NCBI GenBank assembly: GCA_018829965.1
Contig: JAHJTG010000016.1
Location: 93,537 to 157,536, forward strand
Origin: Patescibacteria group bacterium
GTDB taxonomy: Bacteria > Patescibacteriota > Minisyncoccia > Minisyncoccales > Staskawiczbacteraceae
Length of the DNA: 64,000 nt
Reading direction: 5' to 3'
Shown one piece after another: positions 54,482 to 64,000 of the stretch (position 1 is its first letter; each line of letters opens with the position of its first letter). Below the pieces are notes generated by a model. It had not been told where the DNA came from, made no database searches, and was given only the letters and a program-made list of their open reading frames with translations. Position numbers and translations under genes: made by a program.

Positions 54482-55003
54482 TTAAATAATTATTCTCTTA
54501 TAATTATACTTTTTAAGAAATGTCTCCAAGTCTGAATATTTTTTTCCTGCTAACATACCGCCAGCAAAAACTTTTTCCTGCGTAACATCTGCCAAACAAA
54601 AACTTGGCATTTTAAATCCATCTTTTTCTCCCCGATTATTAAATTCAAAATCAATTAAAATAAGTCCTTTTAAATCGTCTAAATAGACATCTACTTCTGC
54701 TGTTCTGTTGTTATAAGGATAAAAATAACGTATTTTCCGAAATCTTTTTCCTTTAAGCTTTGACAATTCATTAAATTCTTCTTTTGACAAAGAAATAGTA
54801 TGCTCTCCCTGTTCCGAAGAATCATTTCCTTTAACTGGGCATTTTTTAGTTATTTCAAAAGAATCCCCTCTTTTACGAATTCTTAAAATAGGGTGTTCTG
54901 TAATCTCTGGGATATAGATATCAATAATCTCAATCAATTTACAGCTTTCCAATCCTGAAGGAATATCTTTTAATAAAAATGTTCTCTCTAATTCTATTTC
55001 CAT
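54482..55003 (-). CDS. CYTH-like domain protein
   Basis: EIELERTFL, LRIRK, KIRY and EVDVY motifs. Confidence 0.8.
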   Translation of the reverse strand: MEIELERTFLLKDIPSGLESCKLIEIIDIYIPEITEHPILRIRKRGDSFEITKKCPVKGNDSSEQGEHTISLSKEEFNELSKLKGKRFRKIRYFYPYNNRTAEVDVYLDDLKGLILIDFEFNNRGEKDGFKMPSFCLADVTQEKVFAGGMLAGKKYSDLETFLKKYNYKRIII

Positions 55004-55086
55004 ATTATTTCCCATGACACTTTTTATATCCCAGTAGTAGAACTCGCTTCGCTTGTTCACTACGGGACTGCGCTTCGGCTTGTTTT

Positions 55087-57576
55087 TTATTTTCCATGGC
55101 AGTGTTTGTACTTTATCGGACGACCATCTTCATGCTTCGCTCCGCATGGACAAGGATCATTTCTGCCAACTTCTCCTTTAGGTTTTGGTGCCTGCCCGCC
55201 TAAATGCGACGGCTTTTGGCGGGTTAATTCAGCTTTTAAAATATTATTAGCAATAGCAATCTCTGTCTCTTCTAAAAATCTTTGGAACATTCTTCTCCCC
55301 TCTCTTTTATATTCTATCAACGGATCCTGCTGGCCGTAAGCCCTTAATCGCACGGAATCCCTTAAATAATCCATATCTTCCAAATGTTCTATCCAATAAG
55401 TGTCTAAAACTCTAAGAGAGACAAATTTTAGAATTTGCTCCATATTCTCTTTGCCGATTTCTTTTTCTTTCTTATTATAATCCTCTTCTGTAAATCCAGC
55501 CTTTTTAATAATCTCTAAAATATATTCTTTTAAATTATTTTGGTCATTGGTTATTGGGGTTTGTCCCGCGAAGCGGGATCCCGTCTCGCGGGAGGATTTT
55601 TCTAGTATCTCTTTTCTCTTTTTATAAAATACCTCTCGGTGTTTATTCATTACCTCGTCGTATTCTAAAATATGTTTTCTGGAGTCAAAATGAAACCCCT
55701 CAACTTTTTCTTGGGCTGAAGCGATTGCTTTTGAAATCATTCCTGATTCTATTGGCTGGTCTTCTGGAATATTAAAAGTATTCATTATGTTCTTTATCCT
55801 GTCCCCGCCGAAAACTCTCATCAAATCGTCTTCTAAAGACACGAAAAACTGGGAAGAGCCGGGGTCTCCCTGCCTGCCAGACCTTCCTCGCAACTGGTCA
55901 TCAATTCTTCTTGCTTCGTGCCTTTCTGTGCCAATAACGTGAAGCCCGCCTGCTTCTATAACTTTCTTCTGCTCTTCCAAGTCCGGCGGATTCCCCCCCA
56001 AGATTATATCCACGCCTCTTCCTGCCATATTAGTAGCAATGGTTACAGCTCCAAGTTTTCCTGCTTGAGCAATAGTTTCAGCTTCTTTCTCATGATTCTT
56101 GGCATTTAAAATCTGGTGCCGAATCCCCTCTCTTTCTAATAGTTTCCCCAAAAACTCATTCTTTTCAATTGAAACCGTTCCGACTAAAACTGGCTGGCCT
56201 TTTTTATTCCTTTCTTTGATTTCGTTCACAACCGACTTAAACTTTCCTTCAATAGATTTATATACCCTATCTGGTAGATATTCTCTTATAAGTGGCTTAT
56301 TCGTAGGGATAGAAACGACTTCTAATTTATATACTTTATCAAATTCTTCGGCAGAAGTCTGGGCAGTGCCGGTCATACCAGATAGTTTTTTATACATCCT
56401 AAAATAGTTTTGAAAAGTAATTGTTGCCCATGTTTTTGATTCCTCCTGAACATCAACTCCTTCTTTGGCCTCAACTGCCTGATGCAGACCCGCAGACCAG
56501 CGACGGCCAGGCATTAACCTGCCGGTAAATTCATCTACGATTATAACCTTCCCGTCTTTTACAACATAATTTTTATCTTTTTGAAATAATGTTTTTGCTT
56601 TTAGAGCTGATTCTAATTGATGAATCGTCGTAATGTCGCTATCTAACCAAGGGTCGGAACCAAGGCTTTTTATCATTTTTACCTGACCCTGTTCAGTAAA
56701 AGTAGCTACTCTTAATTTCTCGTCTAATTCATAGTCTTCTTTTTCTTGTAAGCCTATTACTAATTTCGCAAATTGATAATATTTTCCGGTCGGCTCCCCG
56801 CCTGGAGAAGAAATAATTAAGGGGGTTCTTGCCTCATCAATTAAAATAGAGTCTATCTCATCAACAATCGCATAGTTATGACCCCGCTGGGATTGCTCTT
56901 GCAAGCTATGAACCATATTATCTTTTAAATAATCAAAGCCGAATTCATTGTTCGTGCCATAAGTAATGTCAACTGAATACGCTTCTTTTCTGGAAACCGG
57001 CCTTAAGAAGTCTTCCATGACCTTAAAGCTTCCTATCGAGTCTCTAATTTTATCTTCTGTCTCTTCTGCTTTCTTATATCCAGAATCATAGACAAAAGAT
57101 TGTTCGTGATTCAAACAACCTACTGTCAAGCCAAGAAAATGGTATATCTGGCCCATCCAAACAGTGTCTCTTCTTGCTAAATAATCATTGACCGTAATAA
57201 TATGAACGCCCTTTTCAGTTAAGGCATTTAAGTAAGCTGACAAAGTAGCGGTTAATGTTTTTCCTTCTCCTGTTTTCATTTCTGCAATTTGGCCTTGGTG
57301 TAAAACAATGCCACCGATCATTTGAACGTCAAAATGACGTTGTGAAAGTACTCTTTTTGATGCCTCGCGGACTACGCCAAAAGTCTCTGACAATAAATCG
57401 TCCACTGTTTTCCCATTAGCTAATTGTTCTTTAAACTCTTTAGTCTTATTTCTTAATTCCTCATCAGAAAGCTTTTGAAGAGCTGCTTCAAAAGAGCCTA
57501 TTTCAGCAATTATTGGGTCTAGTTTTTTTAGATTTTTCTGATGGACATCACCGAAAATCTTTGTGAAGATTGACAT
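55087..57576 (-). CDS. secA: Preprotein translocase ATPase SecA
   Basis: MKTGEGKT, DEIDSILIDEARTP, ATNMAGRG and SEC-C motif GRNDPCPCG. Confidence 0.98.
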   Translation of the reverse strand: MSIFTKIFGDVHQKNLKKLDPIIAEIGSFEAALQKLSDEELRNKTKEFKEQLANGKTVDDLLSETFGVVREASKRVLSQRHFDVQMIGGIVLHQGQIAEMKTGEGKTLTATLSAYLNALTEKGVHIITVNDYLARRDTVWMGQIYHFLGLTVGCLNHEQSFVYDSGYKKAEETEDKIRDSIGSFKVMEDFLRPVSRKEAYSVDITYGTNNEFGFDYLKDNMVHSLQEQSQRGHNYAIVDEIDSILIDEARTPLIISSPGGEPTGKYYQFAKLVIGLQEKEDYELDEKLRVATFTEQGQVKMIKSLGSDPWLDSDITTIHQLESALKAKTLFQKDKNYVVKDGKVIIVDEFTGRLMPGRRWSAGLHQAVEAKEGVDVQEESKTWATITFQNYFRMYKKLSGMTGTAQTSAEEFDKVYKLEVVSIPTNKPLIREYLPDRVYKSIEGKFKSVVNEIKERNKKGQPVLVGTVSIEKNEFLGKLLEREGIRHQILNAKNHEKEAETIAQAGKLGAVTIATNMAGRGVDIILGGNPPDLEEQKKVIEAGGLHVIGTERHEARRIDDQLRGRSGRQGDPGSSQFFVSLEDDLMRVFGGDRIKNIMNTFNIPEDQPIESGMISKAIASAQEKVEGFHFDSRKHILEYDEVMNKHREVFYKKRKEILEKSSRETGSRFAGQTPITNDQNNLKEYILEIIKKAGFTEEDYNKKEKEIGKENMEQILKFVSLRVLDTYWIEHLEDMDYLRDSVRLRAYGQQDPLIEYKREGRRMFQRFLEETEIAIANNILKAELTRQKPSHLGGQAPKPKGEVGRNDPCPCGAKHEDGRPIKYKHCHGK

Positions 57577-57669
57577 TGCGCTTATTTTACATAAAATTAC
57601 CCTCTTTGTAAATCAAAAAGCCACCCTTTGTTGCTTAAAGCGACTAGGTGACTTTTTATGTTCTTTATA

Positions 57670-58992
57670 CTAATAAATCCTATACGTATGCTTATCTACC
57701 AGAAGACCACTTTTATCTCTTAAAATAATCGTATCAACACTTCTGTTGATAAGATTTTGGTTCATATAAATATGCCATTCGTTTTGAAAAAAGTCTTGGT
57801 CTTTTGAGTGCTTACTAACGCAACCCGAATAACTAAAATTATCATTAATATATGAGGTACACTGGGAATCTGTAGAAATAGCATAATTTGATCCATAGTC
57901 AGGTATTTCGCAAGTTCCTAATACAAGAATGTAATTCTGACAAGAAGACCTAAGGCTTGTAACTTCATAATTTTCTGTCCTTGGGCAATTGTCATAAAAG
58001 TAAATTGGGAATGTTTGATAGTTCTTTAAATAGCCAAGACATTTATTGAGACGGAAATTATTATCCCTCCCTAACGGATTTTGGCTACTTGAAAGATATA
58101 TTCTATCTCCGGATTTAACAAAAATATTGCTTGTAAACGTATTAGAAGGATTATACTTTTCCATTCCTTGAGGGATAGGAAATTTTCCCTGCATGCTTTC
58201 AATGCTCCATCCCGTAATATCAATTTTATTTTCGTTATAGAAATATGCTCCTAGCGTTATTAACGAAGAAGAAGGATTGGTTTTATTTTCAACGCTTGAA
58301 ACCTTTATCTTTCCGAAATAAGGAGAAACTTTAATGCTAAAGGTTCGTATTGCTGGAGTTTTATCAACCAAATTGCCAACTTTTACTCTAACAGAAAAAA
58401 CATATGATTTTGACTCTGCTGGTAAATATATAGTTCTCTCTTTGCCATAAGCGGTTTGCCAATTACTATCTAACCCATATACCATTGTTTCAAACGTAAC
58501 TTGCTGATTGTTCTTGTCTGCTGGAATCTGAGCATCAAATTTAAAAGTAATATTCTCTGTTGATTCTAAAATATCTCCGTTATTAGGACCTGAAATAATA
58601 AAAGTATCTATTGCTTCTGGTAATATTTGCGTGTTTGTTTGCGGTACATACGAGTTTGATTGTCCTACAGCTTTTTTAACAACCGGCGGAACATAGTCAT
58701 AGTTATAAGTAATTAAGGGTTTATTTTTAGAACCGACAGGAGAATTAGAAGCAGCGGATGGAGAAGTAGAAGGATTGATTTGATTATTATTTTGCGCCAC
58801 AACATTAGTATTAACGCTTCCTGAATAGCCAACCAATTGAGCAGTTAAAAACCTCCCGATGTCTTTTAGCTCAATACCTAATTTATTGATTGATGATTTT
58901 TCATTTTTAAAAGACTCAAAAAACGACATGCCAGATAATGTCAAAGCAATTATAATGACAATAATAATGATAATGGGGAAAAATCTTTTCAT
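57670..58992 (-). CDS. Membrane-anchored or secreted hypothetical protein
   Basis: N-terminal transmembrane helix, DITGW motif, Cys-containing C-terminal region ending IILRDKSGLLVD. Confidence 0.75.
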   Translation of the reverse strand: MKRFFPIIIIIVIIIALTLSGMSFFESFKNEKSSINKLGIELKDIGRFLTAQLVGYSGSVNTNVVAQNNNQINPSTSPSAASNSPVGSKNKPLITYNYDYVPPVVKKAVGQSNSYVPQTNTQILPEAIDTFIISGPNNGDILESTENITFKFDAQIPADKNNQQVTFETMVYGLDSNWQTAYGKERTIYLPAESKSYVFSVRVKVGNLVDKTPAIRTFSIKVSPYFGKIKVSSVENKTNPSSSLITLGAYFYNENKIDITGWSIESMQGKFPIPQGMEKYNPSNTFTSNIFVKSGDRIYLSSSQNPLGRDNNFRLNKCLGYLKNYQTFPIYFYDNCPRTENYEVTSLRSSCQNYILVLGTCEIPDYGSNYAISTDSQCTSYINDNFSYSGCVSKHSKDQDFFQNEWHIYMNQNLINRSVDTIILRDKSGLLVDKHTYRIY

Positions 58993-59123
58993 AATTTATA
59001 GACAGACTGTATCATACTAACATTGTTCTGTCAAGTCCGCCTTAGGCGGGCACAGACCAGCCAATTAAAAAAGCCTTGACTCTTGACTTGGGCTTTAATA
59101 ATTATCTCATCAAATAGTTTAAA

Positions 59124-59666
59124 TTACGGCACAAAAATTGCGGCTGCTATTACTGTCGTCCATAAACCATTTTTATTGCCTTCGGCTGTTTGGGTAACAT
59201 TGGAGGTATAAACAATCTTACCTGACATTTTAAAAACTTTTTCTTTCTCATCCCAAGCGCTATCTGAATTAAACTCAACTCCTAAAGTTGTAGCGAGCAT
59301 TGAAGCGGCTAAATCTTCTGTGTAATCACTTACTTTTTCCTCTGTTTCGCCGAAAGAATGGTGCTCCGAAAGATAGCCATACTGATTTCCTTCAGCTGGA
59401 ATAGCGCAACCGACAGAAGCTGCAACCAACCTATTCGGCTCATTGGTTTCGTTCCTTGCTAAAACGCAATAAACTATTTCACCAGCCTTTAAATCTTCTA
59501 AGCCTTTCTCTCTTGGAACTTTTTTACAGCCGGGCGGTAAAATGCTGGATACAGAAACTAGATTAAATTTCTCAATGCCGGCGTTTCTTAAAGCCAATTC
59601 AAAAGAAGTAAGCTTTTCTTTGGCAGCGCCGACTCCTTTGGTAAAAAAAACTTTTGTTGGAATCAT
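59124..59666 (-). CDS. pdaD: Pyruvoyl-dependent arginine decarboxylase
   Basis: [22 protein letters not shown] self-cleavage motif and YGYLSEHH. Confidence 0.92.
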   Translation of the reverse strand: MIPTKVFFTKGVGAAKEKLTSFELALRNAGIEKFNLVSVSSILPPGCKKVPREKGLEDLKAGEIVYCVLARNETNEPNRLVAASVGCAIPAEGNQYGYLSEHHSFGETEEKVSDYTEDLAASMLATTLGVEFNSDSAWDEKEKVFKMSGKIVYTSNVTQTAEGNKNGLWTTVIAAAIFVP

Positions 59667-59683
59667 AATATTAGATGTTGGGT

Positions 59684-59763
59684 GTCCCGACTTCGTCGAG
59701 GATCCCCGATGGTTCCGACTTTGTCGAGAATCCTCGACTTTGTCGGGACTTCGCCATCGGGAT
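59684..59763. repeat. Nested palindrome of the CCCGAC family
   Basis: One copy inserted inside another; attagatgttgg occurs on both sides. Confidence 0.8.
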
Positions 59764-60152
59764 TAGTTATTAGATGTTGGATATTTAGAATTTTTTATGC
59801 TTCTTGCGTCCCTTTGTTCTAAATCAATTTTTCTTAATTTATATTTTTTAATTTCCTGCTGCATCTCATTTTTAACTTCAACAATTGCCGTTTTTAAATC
59901 TTCTCCTTTTGCCTCAACTCTTAAGGTTCTACCCGATAGATAAACCTGAGCTTCGGCTCGAAAATAAGGGCCTTTTTTATGATGCCTTGTTTCTTTTTCT
60001 ATCTCAACAAAAACTTTAACTGTTGGTTTGCCTATTTTTCCGTCTTTTCTTAATAAATCAATAAATTTTTTGAGACCTCCTATTTTCTCTTCAATAAAAT
60101 CCCCTATTGCCTCACTTGGTGTTATGTTTTTCGATCTAACAATAATCTTCAT
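59763..60152 (-). CDS. hpf: Ribosome hibernation factor (HPF/RaiA)
   Basis: KNITPSEAIGDFIEEKI...AEAQVYL...EDLKTAI. Confidence 0.85.
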   Translation of the reverse strand: MKIIVRSKNITPSEAIGDFIEEKIGGLKKFIDLLRKDGKIGKPTVKVFVEIEKETRHHKKGPYFRAEAQVYLSGRTLRVEAKGEDLKTAIVEVKNEMQQEIKKYKLRKIDLEQRDARSIKNSKYPTSNN

Positions 60153-60229
60153 CTATTTTAAAATTAAAAATTAAAACATTAAGAAATTATTTAAAAATAG
60201 AGATTAAGTAACCTATATAATTGGTTCGC

Positions 60230-60273
60230 TCGCTCGGAATAAATAAGCAAAGCTTCTTTATTCTTCACTCGCT
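60230..60273. repeat. AGCGAGG...CCGAGCGA family element (reverse orientation)
   Basis: tcgctcgg-aataaa...tttatt-cttcactcgct. Confidence 0.7.
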
Positions 60274-60306
60274 ACCAATTATTAAAAATTACAAAATTAA
60301 AAATTG

Positions 60307-61257
60307 TTACTTAAGGTATTGTATTTCCTCTTTTAATTCTATTCCAAACTTTTCTTTTATTTTTTTCTTAATAATTTTTATTAATTTTACCACATCTTTT
60401 GTTTTCGCTCCACCTAAATTAACAATAAAGTTTGCGTGTTTTTCAGAAATTTTTGCCTTGCCTATCACTTTTCCTTTTAATCCGCACTTATCAATTAAAT
60501 ACGACGTTGGAATTCTACTTCCTTTATTAAATTCGTTAAGTTCTGGAAATTTTTTAAGTAAGTTTTTATTTTTTATTTTTTTAGCATAATTTTTAAAAAC
60601 ACAGCCGGCTGATGGAAAATTCAAAGGATGATTTCGTTTTCTATAGTCGGAGAATCTTTTTATTTCTTTTTGAATTTCTTCTTTATCCCTTTTTTTCAAT
60701 TCTAATATGACGGATAAAATAACAAGGTTTTTTTTCTTTTTAAAAACACTGCTTTTATTACCGAACCTGCATTCTTTATTAGAAAAAGTTTTAATCTTTA
60801 AGGTTTTAATGTCTAAAGCTTTTATACTATGAACGCTATCTGCCATTGAAGACCCAAAGGCTCCAACATTCCCATAAACAGCAGCGCCAACAGTACCCGG
60901 GATACCAACCGCCCATTCTAAGCCGGTTAATTCTTTGTCTGTTGAAGTATTAACTAATTCTCTTAATTTTGTTCCCGCGCCAGCAATAATTTTATTTTTT
61001 TGAAACTTGAAACTTGAAACTTGAAACTTGATTACTAGTCCTTTATACCCTTTATCCGAGACCAGAATATTGCTTCCGCTACCTAAAATAAAAAACGGCA
61101 AATTAAATAATTTTGCCGCTTTTATGGCTTTGATCAAACCTTTTTGATTTTTGGCTCCAAAAAAAAACTTCGCCTGCCCACCAATTTTGAAAGTGGTGTG
61201 CCCAGCCATTAATACATTTTCTTTTATCCCATGTAATATTTTTTTGATGTCTTCCAT
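60307..61257 (-). CDS. murB: UDP-N-acetylenolpyruvoylglucosamine reductase
   Basis: TTFKIGG, GSGSN, GIPGTVG, PSAGCVFKN and HANFIVN motifs. Confidence 0.96.
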   Translation of the reverse strand: MEDIKKILHGIKENVLMAGHTTFKIGGQAKFFFGAKNQKGLIKAIKAAKLFNLPFFILGSGSNILVSDKGYKGLVIKFQVSSFKFQKNKIIAGAGTKLRELVNTSTDKELTGLEWAVGIPGTVGAAVYGNVGAFGSSMADSVHSIKALDIKTLKIKTFSNKECRFGNKSSVFKKKKNLVILSVILELKKRDKEEIQKEIKRFSDYRKRNHPLNFPSAGCVFKNYAKKIKNKNLLKKFPELNEFNKGSRIPTSYLIDKCGLKGKVIGKAKISEKHANFIVNLGGAKTKDVVKLIKIIKKKIKEKFGIELKEEIQYLK

Positions 61258-61374
61258 ATTTCTTACTTTTAAACTTTAAAAAGTTAGTCAATGATGAGGT
61301 AACTTTATAAGGTTACCCGAAGAGAACGCCTTACAGATTCAAATGAATTATCTAATTCTTCTTTGCCCAGCCTT

Positions 61375-62466
61375 CTATAATTTTCTATATCTTGCGCTTC
61401 TGCCAAGGCCTATTCGTTCAATCTTTTTTAGACGCAAAAGCTTATCAAGAGCCTGTTTTACAGTAGGCCGCGCTATCTTGGTGTTATTTACTATTTCACC
61501 AGTTGTAGTTTCATTTATTTTCTGTAAATATTCCCACACGGCGAGCTGTTTTACTGATAAAAGTTTTTCAACGTTTTCTTTAGACAGTAAGTCAATTGCC
61601 ATTTTCGATTGTTTTAAGAAAATCTCTAAGAAAAAATCCAGCCATGGGACTATATCTTCTTTTTCTGTCTTAAATGTTTTTTGGCTTCTGCGCAACGCCA
61701 CATAATAATCTGGCTTATTGTCCTCAATTAATTTTTCGTGAGAAACATAAGGCACATAAAAATATCCTTTTTTTAATAGAAGAAGGTTTGTAAGTATGCG
61801 TGAGACGCGACCGTTGCCATCCTCAAAAGGATGTATCTGTAGAAACTCAACAAGAAAATTTCCAATAATAAGCAAAGGATGGAATTTTTTCTCATCAAAA
61901 GCCTGTTGGCTCCATTCCACTAATTCCTGCATTTCTTTTGAAGCAAGATAAGCTGGCGTAGTATCAAAAAGAATACCAATAGGTTTTCCGGCTATATCAA
62001 GCATATGTACTTGGTTTTCTTTCTTTTTATAATCGCCTCGGTGTTGTTCGTCTTTTTTTACATATTTTAAAAGTTCTTTATGAAAATGTTTAATGGTGTT
62101 TTCTGAAAATTTAATCAATTTCCATGCATCAAAAACATTTTCAAGCAATTTAAAATACCCCCTTACCTCTTGCTTGTCGCGATTAGTAAATTTCTGTATA
62201 TCTATGCCTCGCATTAACTTTTCTACATCTTCATCAGACAGCCTTGCGCCCTCAATACGCGTTGAAGAACCAGTTGAAGTAACCAAAACAGAACGTTTTA
62301 ATCGTCCCAAAACTTGAGGACTTAATTGAACGCCAGCAATCCATTGTCCTTTTAGCCCATCTATCTGTGCTATTTTGGACCAGATTTCTGTTGGCATACT
62401 ATCAATCCTTTGATCAAATTGTTTATTTGTTGCCATAAATTCATTGGATATATTAACTATATCCAA
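61375..62466 (-). CDS. Fic-domain protein with C-terminal winged HTH (start may be the internal MATNKQ)
   Basis: SSTRIEG inhibitory-type motif and catalytic HPFEDGNGRVSR. Confidence 0.92.
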   Translation of the reverse strand: MDIVNISNEFMATNKQFDQRIDSMPTEIWSKIAQIDGLKGQWIAGVQLSPQVLGRLKRSVLVTSTGSSTRIEGARLSDEDVEKLMRGIDIQKFTNRDKQEVRGYFKLLENVFDAWKLIKFSENTIKHFHKELLKYVKKDEQHRGDYKKKENQVHMLDIAGKPIGILFDTTPAYLASKEMQELVEWSQQAFDEKKFHPLLIIGNFLVEFLQIHPFEDGNGRVSRILTNLLLLKKGYFYVPYVSHEKLIEDNKPDYYVALRRSQKTFKTEKEDIVPWLDFFLEIFLKQSKMAIDLLSKENVEKLLSVKQLAVWEYLQKINETTTGEIVNNTKIARPTVKQALDKLLRLKKIERIGLGRSARYRKL

Positions 62467-62531
62467 TTATATCCAATTAATGGCGGGCGGTCAAGTAAGC
62501 GACGGAAACCCGCCAAATCCGTCCTACAGAG

Positions 62532-62565
62532 TTATTTATTCAACAAAAGATTTAATTGGGTTCTA
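62532..62565. repeat. 34-bp direct repeat of 63858-63891
   Basis: ttatttattcaacaaaagatttaattgggttcta is identical at both sites. Confidence 0.9.
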
Positions 62566-62588
62566 TCCCCGATGACGATTTTTATTTT

Positions 62589-63731
62589 CTAACTCCTAAA
62601 TAATTCGACATATTCAGATAACTCAAACGAACGATTTCTTGAAAAACCGGTAATTTCCTTTAAGATTCTTTCTTTTTCAAAATCTTTGATTATTCTTGTA
62701 GCTGTTACAAAAGAAACGTCAAGCACATTCGCAATCTCTTGCGCATTTATTATCGGTTTAGAAAACAGGGCGATAAGCAGTTTCTGTCCAGATTCTGCTC
62801 GACGGCCCATCTTTATTATACTTTTTTCATAATTTTGACGTAAAGAAACTATAGCCTCAAAGGTTTCTTTACCCTTGCTGGCAGTTTCGATAACACCTGA
62901 AATAAAAAATTTAATCCACTGCTCTAAATTATTAGAGTTTCGAACAATGGTCAAAGAATCGTAATATGATCCCTTATGTTTTTCAAAAAAATCTGAGAGA
63001 TAAAGTGTTGGTTTTTGTAGTATTTTACTATCCACTAATTGCAAGGTTATAAGCAAACGTCCTATCCTACCATTACCATCTAAAAATGGGTGAACTGTTT
63101 CAAATTGATAATGGCTAATTGCTACCTTAATTAAAAATGGTATTTCAAGATTTTTGTTATGCCAAAATTTTTGTAAATCAGAAAGCAACTCTTCTATCTC
63201 CTCGTGGTGCGGTGGTATAAAAAAAGCATCTTTTAAATTTGAACCACCGATCCAATTTTGGCTTTTTCTTATTTCGCCCGGAGTTTTATGCTCACCCCTA
63301 ACGCCAGAAAGTAAAATTTTGTGGGCATCTTTTAATAAACGTATTGATAGGGGTATATTTTCCAACTCTTTAATGGAATAATTTATTGCTTCTATATAAT
63401 TATGAACTTCTTTCCAGTCGTCACGGCGTTCCGGATTAATGTCTTCCTTAACCTTCAATACATCGTCGATGGCGGTTTTTGTTCCCTCAATACGACTCGA
63501 TGTCGTTGCTTCTTTAGCTATGTGCATTTTTATAAAATAATCAACATCAGGCACAAGCGTTGAATATGCGTTAAGTTCACCTAAAAGACGCATCGCTTCA
63601 TCAGAAAGCATGTTGATTTTTTTATCTTGCCATTCAAATGGCTTATTAACTAAAGATGGACTGAAACTTTTATATTCCAGCTGTTGTTTATACAAGCCTG
63701 CCTTAAATTCTTGACTCATATGTGAAAACAT
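62589..63731 (-). CDS. Fic-domain protein (Fic_N + Fic + HTH)
   Basis: [30 protein letters not shown] motifs. Confidence 0.93.
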   Translation of the reverse strand: MFSHMSQEFKAGLYKQQLEYKSFSPSLVNKPFEWQDKKINMLSDEAMRLLGELNAYSTLVPDVDYFIKMHIAKEATTSSRIEGTKTAIDDVLKVKEDINPERRDDWKEVHNYIEAINYSIKELENIPLSIRLLKDAHKILLSGVRGEHKTPGEIRKSQNWIGGSNLKDAFFIPPHHEEIEELLSDLQKFWHNKNLEIPFLIKVAISHYQFETVHPFLDGNGRIGRLLITLQLVDSKILQKPTLYLSDFFEKHKGSYYDSLTIVRNSNNLEQWIKFFISGVIETASKGKETFEAIVSLRQNYEKSIIKMGRRAESGQKLLIALFSKPIINAQEIANVLDVSFVTATRIIKDFEKERILKEITGFSRNRSFELSEYVELFRS

Positions 63732-63857
63732 AAATATTTATACTTTCAGTTTACCATAACAAGTGAAAGTATGCAACAACATACTTTCAATTGTAATTAT
63801 CTAATTATATCTGGCTAACTTCAATAACCGATAGAGCAAACTCCAACCTAATTAAAC

Positions 63858-64000
63858 TTATTTATTCAACAAAAGATTTAATTGGGTTCTAGTCCCAATA
63901 CCAACAAAACCGGTAGCACGTATAGCATAACCAGCTATTGCAGATATTGCTGATTTGTATTTATTTTGGAGACATCTTACCGCTTGCAGAGTCAAGGGGC
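63858..64000 (-). CDS. C-terminus of a peptidoglycan-binding-domain protein (partial; absent from the ORF track)
   Basis: Translates as PLTLQAVRCLQNKY...ATGFVGIGTRTQLNLLLNK*. Confidence 0.75.
   Translation of the reverse strand, partial: PLTLQAVRCLQNKYKSAISAIAGYAIRATGFVGIGTRTQLNLLLNK

Overview
AT-rich chromosomal segment using the standard genetic code. Gene content and repeat style suggest a Patescibacteria (CPR, Parcubacteria-like) genome; this is inference. Core genes include dnaE (partial), thrS, miaB, miaA, gatB, a dTTP-synthesis cluster, rplK-nusG-secE, gyrB with a 155-aa mini-intein, a single-chain mitochondrial-type PheRS, lepA, murJ, rnhA, a RecJ-like DHH protein, pgk, secD/secF/secA, hpf and murB. 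RNA genes are RNase P RNA, tRNA-Asp(GTC), a tRNA(CAT), and an initiator-like tRNA(CAT) split by a group I intron. Downstream of tRNA-Asp lies a mosaic accessory region (about 23-33.6 kb) marked by degenerate tRNA 3'-end copies. It holds a radical SAM/SPASM + ExoIII-like + CYTH module, an ArsR/ArsP cluster truncated by an IS1202-type element, MscS and a P-type ATPase. The best candidates for new biology are: (1) a putative BECR-fold RNase gene facing a small, independently transcribed three-way-junction RNA; (2) the radical SAM/nuclease/CYTH islet; (3) MITEs inserted at start codons; (4) several palindromic repeat families inserted in frame into housekeeping genes and into RNase P RNA; (5) a Fic gene bracketed by a duplicated gene 3' end. 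All calls come from reading the sequence; no searches or folding programs were run.
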